Below, piece by piece: positions 1 through 10,640 of a stretch of 64,000 nucleotides of DNA. How positions within the stretch are numbered: position 1 is the stretch's first letter; each line of letters begins with the position of its first letter. The position numbers and the translations under genes are program-made. The notes below the pieces were generated by a model. It made no database searches. It saw only the letters and a list, made by a program, of their open reading frames with translations, and was not told the DNA's origin. Source of the DNA: Candidatus Latescibacterota bacterium (GTDB lineage Bacteria; Latescibacterota; UBA2968; UBA8231); contig CBDCNM010000002.1 of NCBI GenBank assembly GCA_965219385.1, forward strand, positions 1,088,639 through 1,152,638, given 5' to 3'.

Positions 1-1
1 C

Positions 2-781
2 GGCCTGGAACGCCGCAAACTCCTGGATCTGGACCAGGTCGTCAGCGCGGCCAGAGAGGCCAGGGAGGCCGGCAGCACCCGCTTCTGCATGGGTGCCGCC
101 TGGAGGCAGGTGCGGGACGATGCCGAGTTTGATCGGGTTGTGGAAATGGTAGAACAGGTCTCCTCCATGGGACTGGAGGTCTGCTGCACCCTCGGCATGC
201 TCACCCAGGAGCAGGCCATCAGGCTCAAAGAGGCCGGCCTCCACGCCTACAACCACAACCTGGATACCGGGGAAAACTACTATCCCAACGTGGTCACGAC
301 CCGCACCTACGCAGACCGGCTCCAGACCCTTGAAAACGTCGCCCGGGCCGGGATTTCCCTTTGTTGCGGCGGCATCCTGGGCATGGGCGAGAGCCACGAC
401 GACCGCATCGATCTCCTGCACACCCTGGCCACCCTGCAACCCCCACCCGAATCCGTCCCGATCAACGCCCTGGTGCCGATTCCCGGCACCCCGCTGGAGG
501 ATCGCTCCCCCACCCCGGTGTGGGATATGGTGCGCATGATCGCCACGGCCCGCATCCTCATACCCACGGCCATGGTGCGGCTCTCCGCCGGCAGGGACCG
601 ACTCTCCCCCGAAGATCAGGCCCTGTGTTTCCTGGCCGGGGCCAACTCCATCTTCTCGGGCGACAAGCTCCTGACCACGCCCCATCCGGGCGCGGCAAAG
701 GACGCTCTTCTGCTCGAAATGCTGGGTCTCAAACCCCGCGCGCCCTACAAGGAAGCCACCACTTCCCGAATGCTGTCGTAG
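2..781 (+). CDS. bioB: biotin synthase (5'-partial, begins before the window)
   Basis: Frame open from base 2 (..[16 protein letters not shown]); BioB motifs [47 protein letters not shown]. Confidence 0.96.
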   Translation, partial: GLERRKLLDLDQVVSAAREAREAGSTRFCMGAAWRQVRDDAEFDRVVEMVEQVSSMGLEVCCTLGMLTQEQAIRLKEAGLHAYNHNLDTGENYYPNVVTTRTYADRLQTLENVARAGISLCCGGILGMGESHDDRIDLLHTLATLQPPPESVPINALVPIPGTPLEDRSPTPVWDMVRMIATARILIPTAMVRLSAGRDRLSPEDQALCFLAGANSIFSGDKLLTTPHPGAAKDALLLEMLGLKPRAPYKEATTSRMLS

Positions 782-2046
782 ACCGCATCAAGCTGGTCGC
801 GCTCCATACAATAAGGGGGCAGGATATAGATCACATTCCCCAGGGGTCGCAGCAAAAAACCTCTTTCCAGAAACCGTTCCCTGAGCAACGCCCCCACCTG
901 GTTCAAATACCCTTCCTCGTCTTCGACCACCACATCCATTGCCGCGATGCTGCCGCAGACCCGCAAACGGTGCAGGCGAGGATTTTCCGCCAGTTTTGCC
1001 AGGCCCTGGCCGTGCCAGTCTTCCATGCGGTAAAACCGCTCTTCTGTCTTTTCCAGCAAGTCCATGGACGCCAGGGCCGCGGCGCAGCCCAGGGGATTGG
1101 CGGTGTAGGAGTGTCCGTGGTACAGAGTCTTGCGCGGATCCTCGCTGTAAAAGGCGTCGTATATCCGCTCCGTGCACACCGTCGCAGCCAGGGGCGTGAA
1201 CCCTCCGGTGAGGCCCTTGGCCAGGCAGATCAGGTCGGGCCTCGTCCCTGCCTTGCCGCAGGCGAACCAAGCCCCGGTGCGGCCGAAACCCACCATCACC
1301 TCGTCGTAGATCACCAGAATGCCGTAGCGGCGCAGCACGTCTTCGAGTCGGCGCAAAAACCCGGCGCGGCACATGCGCATCCCGGCGGCGCCCTGGACCA
1401 GCGGTTCCAGGATCATGGCCGCGTAGCCCTGAGGGTTTTGCTCCAGCAGGTCTTCCAACCGCTGCAGGGCCAGGGCCTCCTGTTTCTCTATCCTTGCGTC
1501 TCCCGCATACGTCGCCGGGAAGGGGACGGAATCTACCTCGAAAAGCATTTCCCGGAACGCCTCCGCAAACATCGACCGCGCGCCAACCGACATGGCGCCC
1601 AGGGTGTCCCCGTGGTAGGCCCCGGCGAAACAAAGGAAGCGGGTGCGCTCCTGAACTCCCTGGTTTTTCCAGTACTGGAACGCCATTTTCAGGGCCACCT
1701 CCACGGCGGTGGAGCCATTGTCCGAATAGAAAACCCGGCTCAAAGGTTGCGGCAGTTTCTCCACCAGGCGCCGGGCCAGCTCCTCGGCGGGCCGGTGGGT
1801 AAAACCGGCGGCGATGACCTGTTCCAGCTCCTGGGCCTGCTCGTAGATGGCCCGGGCTATCTCCGGCTGCGCATGGCCGTGCAGGGTCACCCACCAGCTT
1901 GAGATACAATCCACCACCCGGCGGCCGTCCTCCAGTTCCAGCACGGCGCCTTTGCCGGTGCGCACCAACAGGGGTTCGGGAGCGGTCTTCATCTGGGTGT
2001 AGGGCATCCACACGCGGGAATGCCGGTGAAGCTCGTTGACGCTCAC
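745..2046 (-). CDS. bioA: adenosylmethionine-8-amino-7-oxononanoate aminotransferase
   Basis: Motifs [63 protein letters not shown]. Start placed at GTG 2046, just after the bioD stop. Confidence 0.96.
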   Translation of the reverse strand: MSVNELHRHSRVWMPYTQMKTAPEPLLVRTGKGAVLELEDGRRVVDCISSWWVTLHGHAQPEIARAIYEQAQELEQVIAAGFTHRPAEELARRLVEKLPQPLSRVFYSDNGSTAVEVALKMAFQYWKNQGVQERTRFLCFAGAYHGDTLGAMSVGARSMFAEAFREMLFEVDSVPFPATYAGDARIEKQEALALQRLEDLLEQNPQGYAAMILEPLVQGAAGMRMCRAGFLRRLEDVLRRYGILVIYDEVMVGFGRTGAWFACGKAGTRPDLICLAKGLTGGFTPLAATVCTERIYDAFYSEDPRKTLYHGHSYTANPLGCAAALASMDLLEKTEERFYRMEDWHGQGLAKLAENPRLHRLRVCGSIAAMDVVVEDEEGYLNQVGALLRERFLERGFLLRPLGNVIYILPPYCMERDQLDAVYDSIREVVASL

Positions 2047-2047
2047 G

Positions 2048-2677
2048 CTAACCTTCCCCAAAAAAGCGGGCGCAAACCCCGGACAAACACTGTTTTTCCA
2101 GATCCTGCAAAGGCTCGATCTCGGCCACGACCGGCACCTTCCCGTAGTGCTCAATGGCCTCCCGGTTGCCGATGTTTTTAGGTCCGTTCATCACCACCCC
2201 CAGTATCTCGACCCCGTGCCGGCGCAGCTGCTCCACGGAAAGCAGGGTGTGATTGATGGTCCCCAGAATGCTGCGCGCCACCAGCAGGACGGGCAGCCCC
2301 AGGCGCACCATCAGATCCAGCATGGTGTGCTCCTGGTTGAGCGGGACCATGATCCCCCCTGCCCCCTCGACGATCAAGTGCATGGACGGATCGGTAGCGG
2401 GCATGTGGAAGCCTTCCAGATTGATCCACACCCCTTCCAGGGCGGCGGCGGCATGAGGCGACAGGGGGGCTTTCAGGCGATAGGTCTCCGGAACAAAACG
2501 ATCCTCCGCAAGACCCGTTGTCCGGCGCACCCACTCGGTGTCGGTGCCTTGCTCCAGGCCGCTTTGCACCGGCTTCCAGTACACCGCGGGCAAGCCGGCC
2601 ATCAGGATCGCACAGACGATGGTCTTGCCTACGTCGGTATCGGTGCCGGTGACAAAGAAACGGGGGGGGAACTCCAT
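2048..2677 (-). CDS. bioD: dethiobiotin synthetase
   Basis: FVTGTDTDVGKT P-loop, WKPVQSG, VEGAGG, LGTINHT. Start placed at ATG 2677. Confidence 0.96.
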   Translation of the reverse strand: MEFPPRFFVTGTDTDVGKTIVCAILMAGLPAVYWKPVQSGLEQGTDTEWVRRTTGLAEDRFVPETYRLKAPLSPHAAAALEGVWINLEGFHMPATDPSMHLIVEGAGGIMVPLNQEHTMLDLMVRLGLPVLLVARSILGTINHTLLSVEQLRRHGVEILGVVMNGPKNIGNREAIEHYGKVPVVAEIEPLQDLEKQCLSGVCARFFGEG

Positions 2678-2681
2678 GGAT

Positions 2682-3848
2682 TCATCCCCTGCGCTCGCGC
2701 CACTGTCCAAACAGGGCCGCCAGGGTTTCGACATGCTCCCAGGTGTGCAGGGCGGAAAGCCCCAGGCGGATCCGCGCCTGACCCGCGGCCACGGTCGGCG
2801 GCCGGATGGCCGCGGCCAGCACGCCCCGCTCCTCCAGCCACCCGGACAATTTCAGGGTTTCCTCCTCGCCGCCGATTAGCACCGGAACGATCTGGGTGCT
2901 GGAGCCTCCCGTGCTCCAGCCCTGCCCCTGCAGGGAGCGCCGCAGCCAAGCCGCCCTGGCATGTAGCTGCGCCCGGGCTTCATCCATCTGTGGAATCAAC
3001 TCCAGGGCCGCGTCCACCGCGCCGATTACCGCCGGCGGCAGGGCCGTGGAATAGATGAACCCTGGACAGCAATTGAGAATATATTCCCCCACACTTTCCG
3101 AGCAAGCGATGTAGGCGCCGAACGAACCGCCGGCCTTGCCGAAGGTACCCATGACCAGGTCCACGCCCATGCCGCACGTCAGCCCCATCCCCCGCGGCCC
3201 CAGCACCCCCGTGGCGTGCGCTTCGTCCACCATCAGAAAGGCCTGGAATTCCTCTGCCAGCCCGACCAGGGCATCCACATCGCTCCGGTCCCCGTCCATG
3301 CTGAATACCGATTCGGTGACGATGAGGGTCCGGGCGCTGGTCCCGGCCTGGTTTTTTTCCAGCAGGTGCCGCAGGTGTTGCAGATCGCCGTGCCGGTAGC
3401 GCTGCACCTTGCAGCGGCTCAGCAGGGCCCCCTGGACCAGGCTGTTGTGGTTCAGTCGATCCGCCAGCAGCAGGGTATGCCGATCCGCCAGCACCGGCAG
3501 CAGGGACACATTGGCCTGGAACCCGGAGTTGAGCACCAGCGCCTTTTCCGTGCCTTTCAGAGCGGCCAGCTTCTCTTCCACCCGGGCAAAACCCGGGTGG
3601 GAGCCGCAGATCGAGCGCGATGCCGTGGCCCCGGCCCCCCACTCCTGCAAAAACTCCCCGGCGCGCTGTTGCACCAGGGGGTGAAAGGCCAGTCCCAGGT
3701 AGTCGTTGGAACTGAAATTGACGGCGGGACGACCGTCCACGGAGACCTCCATCCCCGACTGGGGGACCACCGTGCGCAGAGGGCGCAATTGATGCGTTGC
3801 TCCGCGGCGTTCCAGTTCCGCCTCGATGAAGCCGTATTTGCCGGCCAT
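2682..3848 (-). CDS. bioF: 8-amino-7-oxononanoate synthase
   Basis: FSSNDYLGL, SGFQAN, TESVFSMDGD, VDEAHATG, GTFGKA, AIRPPTV; first gene of the bioF-D-A run. Confidence 0.95.
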   Translation of the reverse strand: MAGKYGFIEAELERRGATHQLRPLRTVVPQSGMEVSVDGRPAVNFSSNDYLGLAFHPLVQQRAGEFLQEWGAGATASRSICGSHPGFARVEEKLAALKGTEKALVLNSGFQANVSLLPVLADRHTLLLADRLNHNSLVQGALLSRCKVQRYRHGDLQHLRHLLEKNQAGTSARTLIVTESVFSMDGDRSDVDALVGLAEEFQAFLMVDEAHATGVLGPRGMGLTCGMGVDLVMGTFGKAGGSFGAYIACSESVGEYILNCCPGFIYSTALPPAVIGAVDAALELIPQMDEARAQLHARAAWLRRSLQGQGWSTGGSSTQIVPVLIGGEEETLKLSGWLEERGVLAAAIRPPTVAAGQARIRLGLSALHTWEHVETLAALFGQWRERRG

Positions 3849-3912
3849 TGAAGCACCCTTTCCCTTCAGAGTAAGATATTGTTTTTATATTATTTAAAAA
3901 AATTAGAATCTC

Positions 3913-3953
3913 TTGACAACACCCCTGCAACAGTCCATATTGGCTTTGTTGCA
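3913..3953 (+). promoter_or_regulatory. putative sigma70 promoter for panB, overlapped by a TGCAAC-N16-GTTGCA palindrome
   Basis: TTGACA at 3913-3918, 17-bp spacer, CATATT at 3936-3941; inverted repeat at 3926-3953 in the divergent bioF/panB intergenic region. Confidence 0.4.
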
Positions 3954-4020
3954 AAAGAATGTTTATTGTTACGGACACGCAAAAAACCTCCGCGCTTCTG
4001 GTTTTTTTAAAACAATATCC

Positions 4021-4923
4021 ATGAACCCAGAACCCGCCCCTGTCAAAATCACCATTCCCCTGCTCCACGCCAAGAAAAAAGAGGGCCGCAAGATCAGCAT
4101 GCTCACGGCATATGACTACCCCACGGCCGTATTGCAGGACCAAGCCGGGATCGACATCGTCTTTGTGGGGGATTCCGTGGGCACCAATGTCCTGGGCTAC
4201 CGCAGCCAGCAAGAGGTGACCATGGCCGATATGCTGCACCACGCCCGGGCCGTGCGCCGGGGCGTCGAACGCGCCTTCCTGCTGGTGGATATGCCCTTCA
4301 TGTCCTACCAGGCCTCAGTCAAAACCGCCATGACCAATGCCGGGCGCTTGGTCCAGGAAGCCGGCGCCGAAGGGATCAAACTGGAAGGGGGAACGCGCAT
4401 CCTGCCCCAGATGGAGGCCGTCGCCCAGGCCGGCATCCCGGTGATGGGACACCTGGGTTTTACCCCGCAGTCTCACTTCCACGAACTCTACCTTTTCAAC
4501 GATCGACGCGGCGCCGTGGCCAAGGTCCAGGGCAAGGGGCCACGCGGGGCCATCGCTCTGCTCGAAGAAGCCCTCCGACTGGAGGATGCCGGGGTTTTTG
4601 GCCTGGTTCTGGAAGAGGTCGCCGAAGAAGCCGCCCAGGCCGTGACCCAGCGCCTCTCCATACCGGTGATCGGCATCGGCGCCGGCCGCTACTGCGACGG
4701 CCAGGTCCTGATTGTCAACGATTTGATTGGACTGAACGAACGGTCTATGCGCCTGGCCAAGTCCTACGCCGACTGGGGGGAGGCCCTTGCGGAGATCTTC
4801 CGCACCTATCGCCGGGAAGTGGAACAGGGCCTTTTTCCCACTGCGGACAACGCCGTGCCCATGGAAGAGAACAAGCTGCGGAAACTGAAAGAATTACTGC
4901 AGGAAAAGGACGCCAAACCTTAG
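4021..4923 (+). CDS. panB: 3-methyl-2-oxobutanoate hydroxymethyltransferase
   Basis: MLTAYD, VGDSVG, DMPFMSY, KLEGG, MGHLGFTPQ, IGIGAG..CDGQVL. Confidence 0.96.
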   Translation: MNPEPAPVKITIPLLHAKKKEGRKISMLTAYDYPTAVLQDQAGIDIVFVGDSVGTNVLGYRSQQEVTMADMLHHARAVRRGVERAFLLVDMPFMSYQASVKTAMTNAGRLVQEAGAEGIKLEGGTRILPQMEAVAQAGIPVMGHLGFTPQSHFHELYLFNDRRGAVAKVQGKGPRGAIALLEEALRLEDAGVFGLVLEEVAEEAAQAVTQRLSIPVIGIGAGRYCDGQVLIVNDLIGLNERSMRLAKSYADWGEALAEIFRTYRREVEQGLFPTADNAVPMEENKLRKLKELLQEKDAKP

Positions 4924-4961
4924 AAGCCGCCTCTTAGATTGCCAAAAGGAGGGAAGACCCC

Positions 4962-6500
4962 ATGCCGCGCCTCTCGCCGATCGTCCTGTCAATCGCCCTA
5001 GTAGGGCTGATCTTTGTCTCCCCTGGCCTTGCGCAGGAAACCGAGATCGACAACTCCTGGATCCAGGAGCAGTTCGCCGAACTGGATACCCAGTTCGGCA
5101 ATGTCGTCCAGCTACTCGCCTTCTTTCTCTTTGCCGATTTTGGCACCGGTATTCCCCTGATCGTGGTGCTGCTGCTCTTCGGAGGCATCTTCTACAGCTT
5201 CTTCTTTGGCTGGATCTCCCTGCGCGGCCTCAAGCATTCCATCGACGTCATCCGGGGCCGCTACGACAACCCGGACGATCCTGGCGAAATCTCCCATTTC
5301 CAGGCCCTCACCAGCGCTCTCTCGGCCACCATCGGGCTGGGCAACATCGCCGGAGTGGCCATCGCCGTAAGCCTGGGCGGCCCCGGCGCCATCTTCTGGA
5401 TGGTGCTCACGGCCTTGTTCGGCATGTCTTCCAAACTGGCCTCCTGCACCCTGGCCGTGATGTACCGCAAGGTCCACCCCGACGGACACATATCCGGCGG
5501 CCCCATGTACTACCTGGAAAACGGCCTCGAAGCCAGAGGATTGAAAGAATTCGGCCGCACCCTGGCGGTGATGTTCGCCTTCCTCACCATCGGCGGCTCC
5601 CTCGGCGGCGGCAACATGTTCCAGGCCAACCAGACCCTGGAAATCCTCGGCACCGTGTCGCCGTGGTTCAAGAGCTACAACTGGGCCGTGGGCCTGGTCA
5701 TGGCCGGCCTCGTGGCCCTGGTCATCATCGGCGGCATCCGCCGCATCGGCCGGGTTACCTCCCGGGTCGTACCGGTTATGTGCCTGCTCTACCTCATCAC
5801 CTCGATCTTCATCATCCTGTGGAACATCCAGGCCGTGCCGGCCACCATCGCCCGCATCGTCTCCGACGCCTTCACCGGGCCGGCCATGTACGGCGGCTTC
5901 CTCGGCGTCCTCGTCATGGGCGTCCGGCGCGCCGCCTTCTCCAACGAGGCCGGACTCGGCTCGGCCGCCTTCGCCCACGCCGCGGCCAAGACCGACGAGC
6001 CCGCGCGCGAGGGCATGGTAGCCATGATCGGCCCCTTCATCGACACCATCATCATCTGCCTGATGACGGCGCTGGTGTGCACGATCACCGGAGTCTACGC
6101 CGATCCCCAATTCCAGGCCCAGCAAGGCTTTGCGGTCGGCGTCAGCATGACCGCCGCCGCCTTTGACTCCTTCATCCCCGGAGCCCGCTACGCCCTGGCC
6201 CTAGCGGTTTTGCTGTTTGCCTACTCCACCATGATCTCCTGGTCCTACTACGGAGAGCGCGCCTGGGAGTACCTCTTCGGAGCCCGTTCCACCCTGATTT
6301 ACCGGATCGTCTTCGTTGGCTTCGTCTTTCTGGGCTCGGTCACCGCCCTGGGCAATGTCCTGGACTTTTCGGACATGATGATCCTGGGAATGGCCTTCCC
6401 GAACATCATCGGCGGCATCATCCTGAGCCCGCGGATCAAGGCCTGCCTGCAAGACTACTGGGCGCGTTTACAGCGCGGCGAGATGCAGCGCTATAAATAA
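4962..6500 (+). CDS. alanine/glycine:cation symporter (AGCS family)
   Basis: ALSATIGLGNIAGVA, GGPGAIFWM, GGPMYY, FSNEAGLGS, GPFIDT, WSYYGE; many TM segments. Confidence 0.93.
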   Translation: MPRLSPIVLSIALVGLIFVSPGLAQETEIDNSWIQEQFAELDTQFGNVVQLLAFFLFADFGTGIPLIVVLLLFGGIFYSFFFGWISLRGLKHSIDVIRGRYDNPDDPGEISHFQALTSALSATIGLGNIAGVAIAVSLGGPGAIFWMVLTALFGMSSKLASCTLAVMYRKVHPDGHISGGPMYYLENGLEARGLKEFGRTLAVMFAFLTIGGSLGGGNMFQANQTLEILGTVSPWFKSYNWAVGLVMAGLVALVIIGGIRRIGRVTSRVVPVMCLLYLITSIFIILWNIQAVPATIARIVSDAFTGPAMYGGFLGVLVMGVRRAAFSNEAGLGSAAFAHAAAKTDEPAREGMVAMIGPFIDTIIICLMTALVCTITGVYADPQFQAQQGFAVGVSMTAAAFDSFIPGARYALALAVLLFAYSTMISWSYYGERAWEYLFGARSTLIYRIVFVGFVFLGSVTALGNVLDFSDMMILGMAFPNIIGGIILSPRIKACLQDYWARLQRGEMQRYK

Positions 6501-6534
6501 TTTACCCAACGAAACCGAGCAACCATACCCGGCC

Positions 6535-6562
6535 CAAGGCCGGAAGGGGATGTTACCGGCAG
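6535..6562 (+). repeat. partial copy D of the MITE-like repeat family
   Basis: CAAGGCCGGAAGGGGATGTTACCGGCAG resembles 16282-16309 and 10471-10498. Confidence 0.6.
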
Positions 6563-6590
6563 GGCGGCAGTGGGGGCGGCGAGCGGGCGC

Positions 6591-6644
6591 GGCAGTGGGG
6601 AAGGGGTAGGCAGTGGGGAAGGGGTAGGCAGTGGGGAAGGGGTA
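6591..6644 (+). repeat. 18-bp G-rich tandem repeat x3 (GGCAGTGGGGAAGGGGTA)
   Basis: Three exact units at 6591, 6609 and 6627, between convergent genes. Confidence 0.95.
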
Positions 6645-6645
6645 G

Positions 6646-8223
<1,578 letters not shown>

Positions 8224-8338
8224 TGGGCTTTTCCAGGCTCAGAAGTATCGGAGTTTCAATATTTTAGCAAAAAGCTACAGCCGGGAAAAAAATAGCGCCT
8301 GACGGCAAAAAAGCAAATTCACCATCCTGCTGATTCCA

Positions 8339-10144
8339 TCAAAATTTACCCCCTGAATCCAGCACCCCACGCTCTTCATCGAGGTAAATTTCTTCAATCT
8401 GCAGATCCGTGAAGCGCTCTCGCCACTTCTCCACCCCCACCAGATCTTCCATTTGATTCAGGTGCAATTGAGAGAAAAAAGCCAGGCGGTTCAGGGTAAA
8501 GGTCAGGGTCAGCACTTCGCCGCCCCGCAGGTCTACCTCCAGTTGTTTGCTCTTGCCCCCATAGGAAAGCTCGACCCAGTGTTTCCCGGCCGGCAGATTG
8601 TGCAACAAAAGGCCGTGCAGACCGCGCTTAAACAAACTCAAGGAATAACGTCCGTCCAGGCGCAGATCCAGACCTCCCTTGCCGATTTTGCTGCCCAGGG
8701 GAGATTGCACCAGGGCAATATAGGCATCCAGGTCGGCAAAAAGGTCCGGGTCGACCAGATCCGCCTCCATCTGTCTCTGCGGCCCGGCCCGCGGATCCAG
8801 TCCCGGTCTTTTTAGCACCCAGCTCGGTAGCTCTCGTTTGACCGTCATACCATTCGGACGGGTCAGGGCATAGATCGCGATATTGGTTGCCGGCATCAGG
8901 ACCGGCAAGGCGCCCACCGGGTCGTCTTCCTCATCGTCGAAGATTCCCGCCCATCTGCTCGACAGCTGGAGATCGCTGATCACGCCCACCAGATCCCCGT
9001 TGAGTTCCACCCCGTACAGGCCCAGATAGTCCGGTGCGCCGACCTGTTGTTCGCTCTGGGCCGGGTTGATAGAGGCCAAGGCCTCCTGCTGCCGTTCGAA
9101 AACCTCCCGGGGATTGTAATTCGGATAGTACCAGGACCGTTGCTCCAACTCTGTCACCCTTTCCTTGTTCTCGCCGGGGAAGCCGCTTTCGAAGCTGTAG
9201 TAAGACTGGTAAATCGGATGCGTGAGGGGAAGCTCGGATACGCCCCCTTCGCTACCTATAACGACCTTCAAATGGTCGATCATTTCTCGCAGGAACCGGT
9301 TGTTCCCCTCGATGAACAGGAACCCTCCCTCCCGCAGATAACGCTTCAGAAGCGCGTATTCCTTCTCGCTGAAACGAGTAAGTTGATGATCGCCGTGGAT
9401 CGGGAGACCACCTCCCTGGATAAAAAAATGAATGGGATCTTTGAGGAGCTGTTCAGAAAGAAAATACTGGTAGGTTTTATCCTGCACCTGGGCCAAAATC
9501 CCGGTGTGATCGCGTATAAAACGCGCCAGGGCATCCAGGGAACCGGCCGTGTCCGAGCCGGCCCCGTGCAGCCGCAGACGGGTAAAATTGATGTAGCCGG
9601 TGATATCCCGACGACTGTCCGGATCGGGCATCACCATGGCGTGCTCCCTGTTGGCCCAGGCCAGATCCTCCCAATCCACCAGGTCCATCTCTACGTAGCC
9701 CACGCTGTCGGCCAGCCCCATTTGCGTCGGAGGCACCATCTCCACCCGGGCCAGCGCAGGGGTATCGGACTTGGTCCCCACAATGAATTCCTCAAGTCCG
9801 GTCGAAATTTCGGGCTCCTCGATGCCGGGAAGACGGGGCTCAACCAGCTCCACGCCGCTCTCCTCGACCTTTGGAGGAACCCTTTCGGAGTCCAGGTACT
9901 CCATCTTTGAGGTTACCTGGGGCAAATCCCGGGCGCTTATAGCCGTGGGCAGACGTTTGGGCTTGAACTGGGTGCGGTAGTAGGCCAGACGCGCCCGGAA
10001 GGCCTCCTCCTCGGCTTCCTCCCTCCACAGCTCACCCAGCCAGAATCCTATCCCCAGGTGCAGCAGTATAGAAAGCAAAAACCCGAGCCACAACGGCTTG
10101 CGGCTTATGGGCTTGCGCGCAATGGGGGTATTTTCTTGTCTCAT
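8339..10144 (-). CDS. membrane-anchored DUF4159-like protein
   Basis: N-terminal TM (LLSILLHLGIG); central LKRYLREGGFLFIEG..LPLTHPIYQSYY..GLYGVELNGDL. Confidence 0.65.
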   Translation of the reverse strand: MRQENTPIARKPISRKPLWLGFLLSILLHLGIGFWLGELWREEAEEEAFRARLAYYRTQFKPKRLPTAISARDLPQVTSKMEYLDSERVPPKVEESGVELVEPRLPGIEEPEISTGLEEFIVGTKSDTPALARVEMVPPTQMGLADSVGYVEMDLVDWEDLAWANREHAMVMPDPDSRRDITGYINFTRLRLHGAGSDTAGSLDALARFIRDHTGILAQVQDKTYQYFLSEQLLKDPIHFFIQGGGLPIHGDHQLTRFSEKEYALLKRYLREGGFLFIEGNNRFLREMIDHLKVVIGSEGGVSELPLTHPIYQSYYSFESGFPGENKERVTELEQRSWYYPNYNPREVFERQQEALASINPAQSEQQVGAPDYLGLYGVELNGDLVGVISDLQLSSRWAGIFDDEEDDPVGALPVLMPATNIAIYALTRPNGMTVKRELPSWVLKRPGLDPRAGPQRQMEADLVDPDLFADLDAYIALVQSPLGSKIGKGGLDLRLDGRYSLSLFKRGLHGLLLHNLPAGKHWVELSYGGKSKQLEVDLRGGEVLTLTFTLNRLAFFSQLHLNQMEDLVGVEKWRERFTDLQIEEIYLDEERGVLDSGGKF

Positions 10145-10153
10145 AACCCTTTT

Positions 10154-10409
10154 GGAATCGGCGGGCGGGGCTTGTGCCTCTGGCGTTTTATGAGGCCCAG
10201 GGCGCTCTTGCCCCGCTCCCCCTTCCTGCTGCTACGCCGGCTTGCAGCCCCCAGGCAGGCCTGAGTCCCAGAGCCCCCTTTTCCCCGCTCCACCCCCTCC
10301 CTGCTGCTGCGTCCACTCGCAGCCCCCACCAACCTCCATAAAACGCTGCCGGCGCAATCCTCTTCCGGCCTTGAGCTCCCAATAGCTACGGGTATTTCGT
10401 GAAGTACTG
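10154..10409 (-). mobile_element. MITE-like element, copy A (right TIR incomplete)
   Basis: Reverse complement aligns end to end with 16246-16438 and carries two extra internal modules; left TIR CAGTACTTCACGAAAT at 10409-10394. Confidence 0.75.
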
Positions 10410-10428
10410 ATTATAACTTATTTAGTTT

Positions 10429-10500
10429 CGGTACTGGGCGAAATACCGCAACCATTAAATATGCGAACCTCAAGGCCGGAAGAGGATTGCGCCGGCAGCG
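10429..10500 (+). repeat. partial copy C of the MITE-like family, head-to-head with copy A
   Basis: Degenerate left end CGGTACTGGGCGAAATACC; 10469-10500 is a perfect 32-bp inverted repeat of 10344-10375. Confidence 0.75.
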
Positions 10501-10640
10501 GGAGGATCCTGCCATTTTGCTCTAAATCCCGTCTTTGTTATATTTACTTTTTTCCTAGGTCAAAATCCAGGACGGCCCCAAACCCGTCTGCTACCCAGCG
10601 CCTGGAAAGTCTGGAAAGTCTGGAAAAACCCGGTGAAAAA

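Noticed and set aside
3981..4008. Attenuator or pan RNA motif upstream of panB
   Set aside because: Only a weak A/T-rich stem (AAAAAACC/GGTTTTTT); cannot be supported without a covariance-model search.
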